The notes under the pieces are model-generated. The model was not told where the DNA came from. It saw only the letters and a program-made list of their open reading frames with translations, and searched no databases. Below, piece by piece: positions 63,194 through 64,000 of a stretch of DNA of 64,000 nt; position 1 is the first letter of the stretch, and every line of letters starts with the position of its first letter. The stretch is from the NCBI GenBank assembly GCA_963734505.1, contig CAVTHH010000011.1, positions 8,196 to 72,195 on the forward strand. Reading direction: 5' to 3'. Both the position numbers and the translations under genes were made by a program. This DNA comes from Candidatus Bathyarchaeota archaeon (lineage in GTDB: Archaea; Thermoproteota; Bathyarchaeia; Bathyarchaeales; Bathycorpusculaceae).

Positions 63194-64000
63194 GTGACGA
63201 AGATCAGCTTAGGCGTTTTCAACACTCAGCCACCGCATCTATATTTTGGCGGCGTAGAACGCCGAATAATCGAAACAGCCCGAAGATTGCTCGATGACAT
63301 TGACACTACAGTATATAGCGGCACGAAAGCAGGCTTCAAGAAGCCGACTTCCGTGAAAGGAGTAAAAATATTCCCTTGCTTTTCCACAGATGCACTTTTT
63401 CCTGTTGATAACTGGTTTTTCAACAGGACACTCTCCAATACAATAGAAAGAATTGACGCTGATATTTACGAAGCGCACACCGTTAGCGGCTACGGATTCT
63501 TGAAGACTCTCAGAAAAAAGCATATCAAAAAACCCGTCATTCACACGATTCACGGCGTTCTTGCAGACGAGTATGCACAATCGCTTCGTGGCAGTTCGAC
63601 GACGCTTCGCTCAAGATTCGCGAATCTCATGATGAAACAGATGGCAACAACTGAGAAAGAAACCGCTGAAAACGCAGACCTTATCGTGACAGTGAGCAAG
63701 TATTCATCCAAAAAGGCAGTTGAGTTTTACGATATAGACTATGCAAAAATAAGAATTGCACCTAATGGCGTCGATACTCGGAAATTCAAACCAATGGGCG
63801 ACTTGAAGAATGTCAGACGCCAAATTGGGATAAATAACAGACTCTGTGTGCTCTTCGTTGGTAGACTAATACCCAGAAAAGGTCTCTCATATCTGATTGA
63901 AGCTGCTAAACACGTTGTAAAAGAAATTGATAACACAGTGTTCCTGATCGTTGGGAGCGGCCCTTTGAGAAAATATCTGGTTAATTACGTGGACAAAATG
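63194..64000 (+). CDS. GT4 glycosyltransferase (partial, runs off window)
   Basis: manual translation: GGVERR, IHTIHG, TVSKYS, APNGVD..KF, LFVGRL...KGL.YLIEA, IVGSGP. Confidence 0.88.
   Translation, partial: MTKISLGVFNTQPPHLYFGGVERRIIETARRLLDDIDTTVYSGTKAGFKKPTSVKGVKIFPCFSTDALFPVDNWFFNRTLSNTIERIDADIYEAHTVSGYGFLKTLRKKHIKKPVIHTIHGVLADEYAQSLRGSSTTLRSRFANLMMKQMATTEKETAENADLIVTVSKYSSKKAVEFYDIDYAKIRIAPNGVDTRKFKPMGDLKNVRRQIGINNRLCVLFVGRLIPRKGLSYLIEAAKHVVKEIDNTVFLIVGSGPLRKYLVNYVDKM

Noticed and set aside
1309-63936. Numerous antisense or overlapping track ORFs (e.g. 1675-2214, 14277-15086, 18319-18816, 27984-28391, 57240-57677, 63239-63580)
   Set aside because: They are shadows of well-supported genes on the opposite strand or in another frame.
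1-64000. CRISPR array, integrase, transposase or provirus
   Set aside because: No regularly spaced repeats and no recombinase, transposase or capsid motifs were seen. The tRNA-Ala has no visible duplicated 3' end.

Overview
Archaeal chromosomal segment, most likely Bathyarchaeia. This is inferred from the archaeal-type IleRS, a CCA-less tRNA-Ala(CGC), a four-subunit 2-oxoacid:ferredoxin oxidoreductase, a group 3b [NiFe]-hydrogenase, PEF-type C-terminal anchors and many tiny Cys-rich ORFs. It is a dense mix of housekeeping, stress and surface genes: epimerase, PfpI, Hsp20, two SPFH loci, a SelB-like protein, a hydBG fusion with hydD and hydA, porG-D-A-B, uvrBAC, mntP, ileS and a GT4. I saw no CRISPR array, integrase or transposase. 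About a dozen single-base indels split otherwise intact genes and are most simply explained as assembly errors. The strongest leads are: (1) a full-length homologue of eukaryotic prenylcysteine oxidase (PCYOX1) head-to-head with a UbiA-family prenyltransferase; (2) a three-gene module of an ATP-cone/coiled-coil/PH-like/Zn-ribbon protein, a helical protein and an SPFH protein with Zn-ribbon repeats; (3) intergenic enrichment of GCGCGC-type alternating purine-pyrimidine motifs; (4) micro-proteins and CTG-start genes missed by the ORF track. All family calls come from motif recognition by eye, not from database searches.
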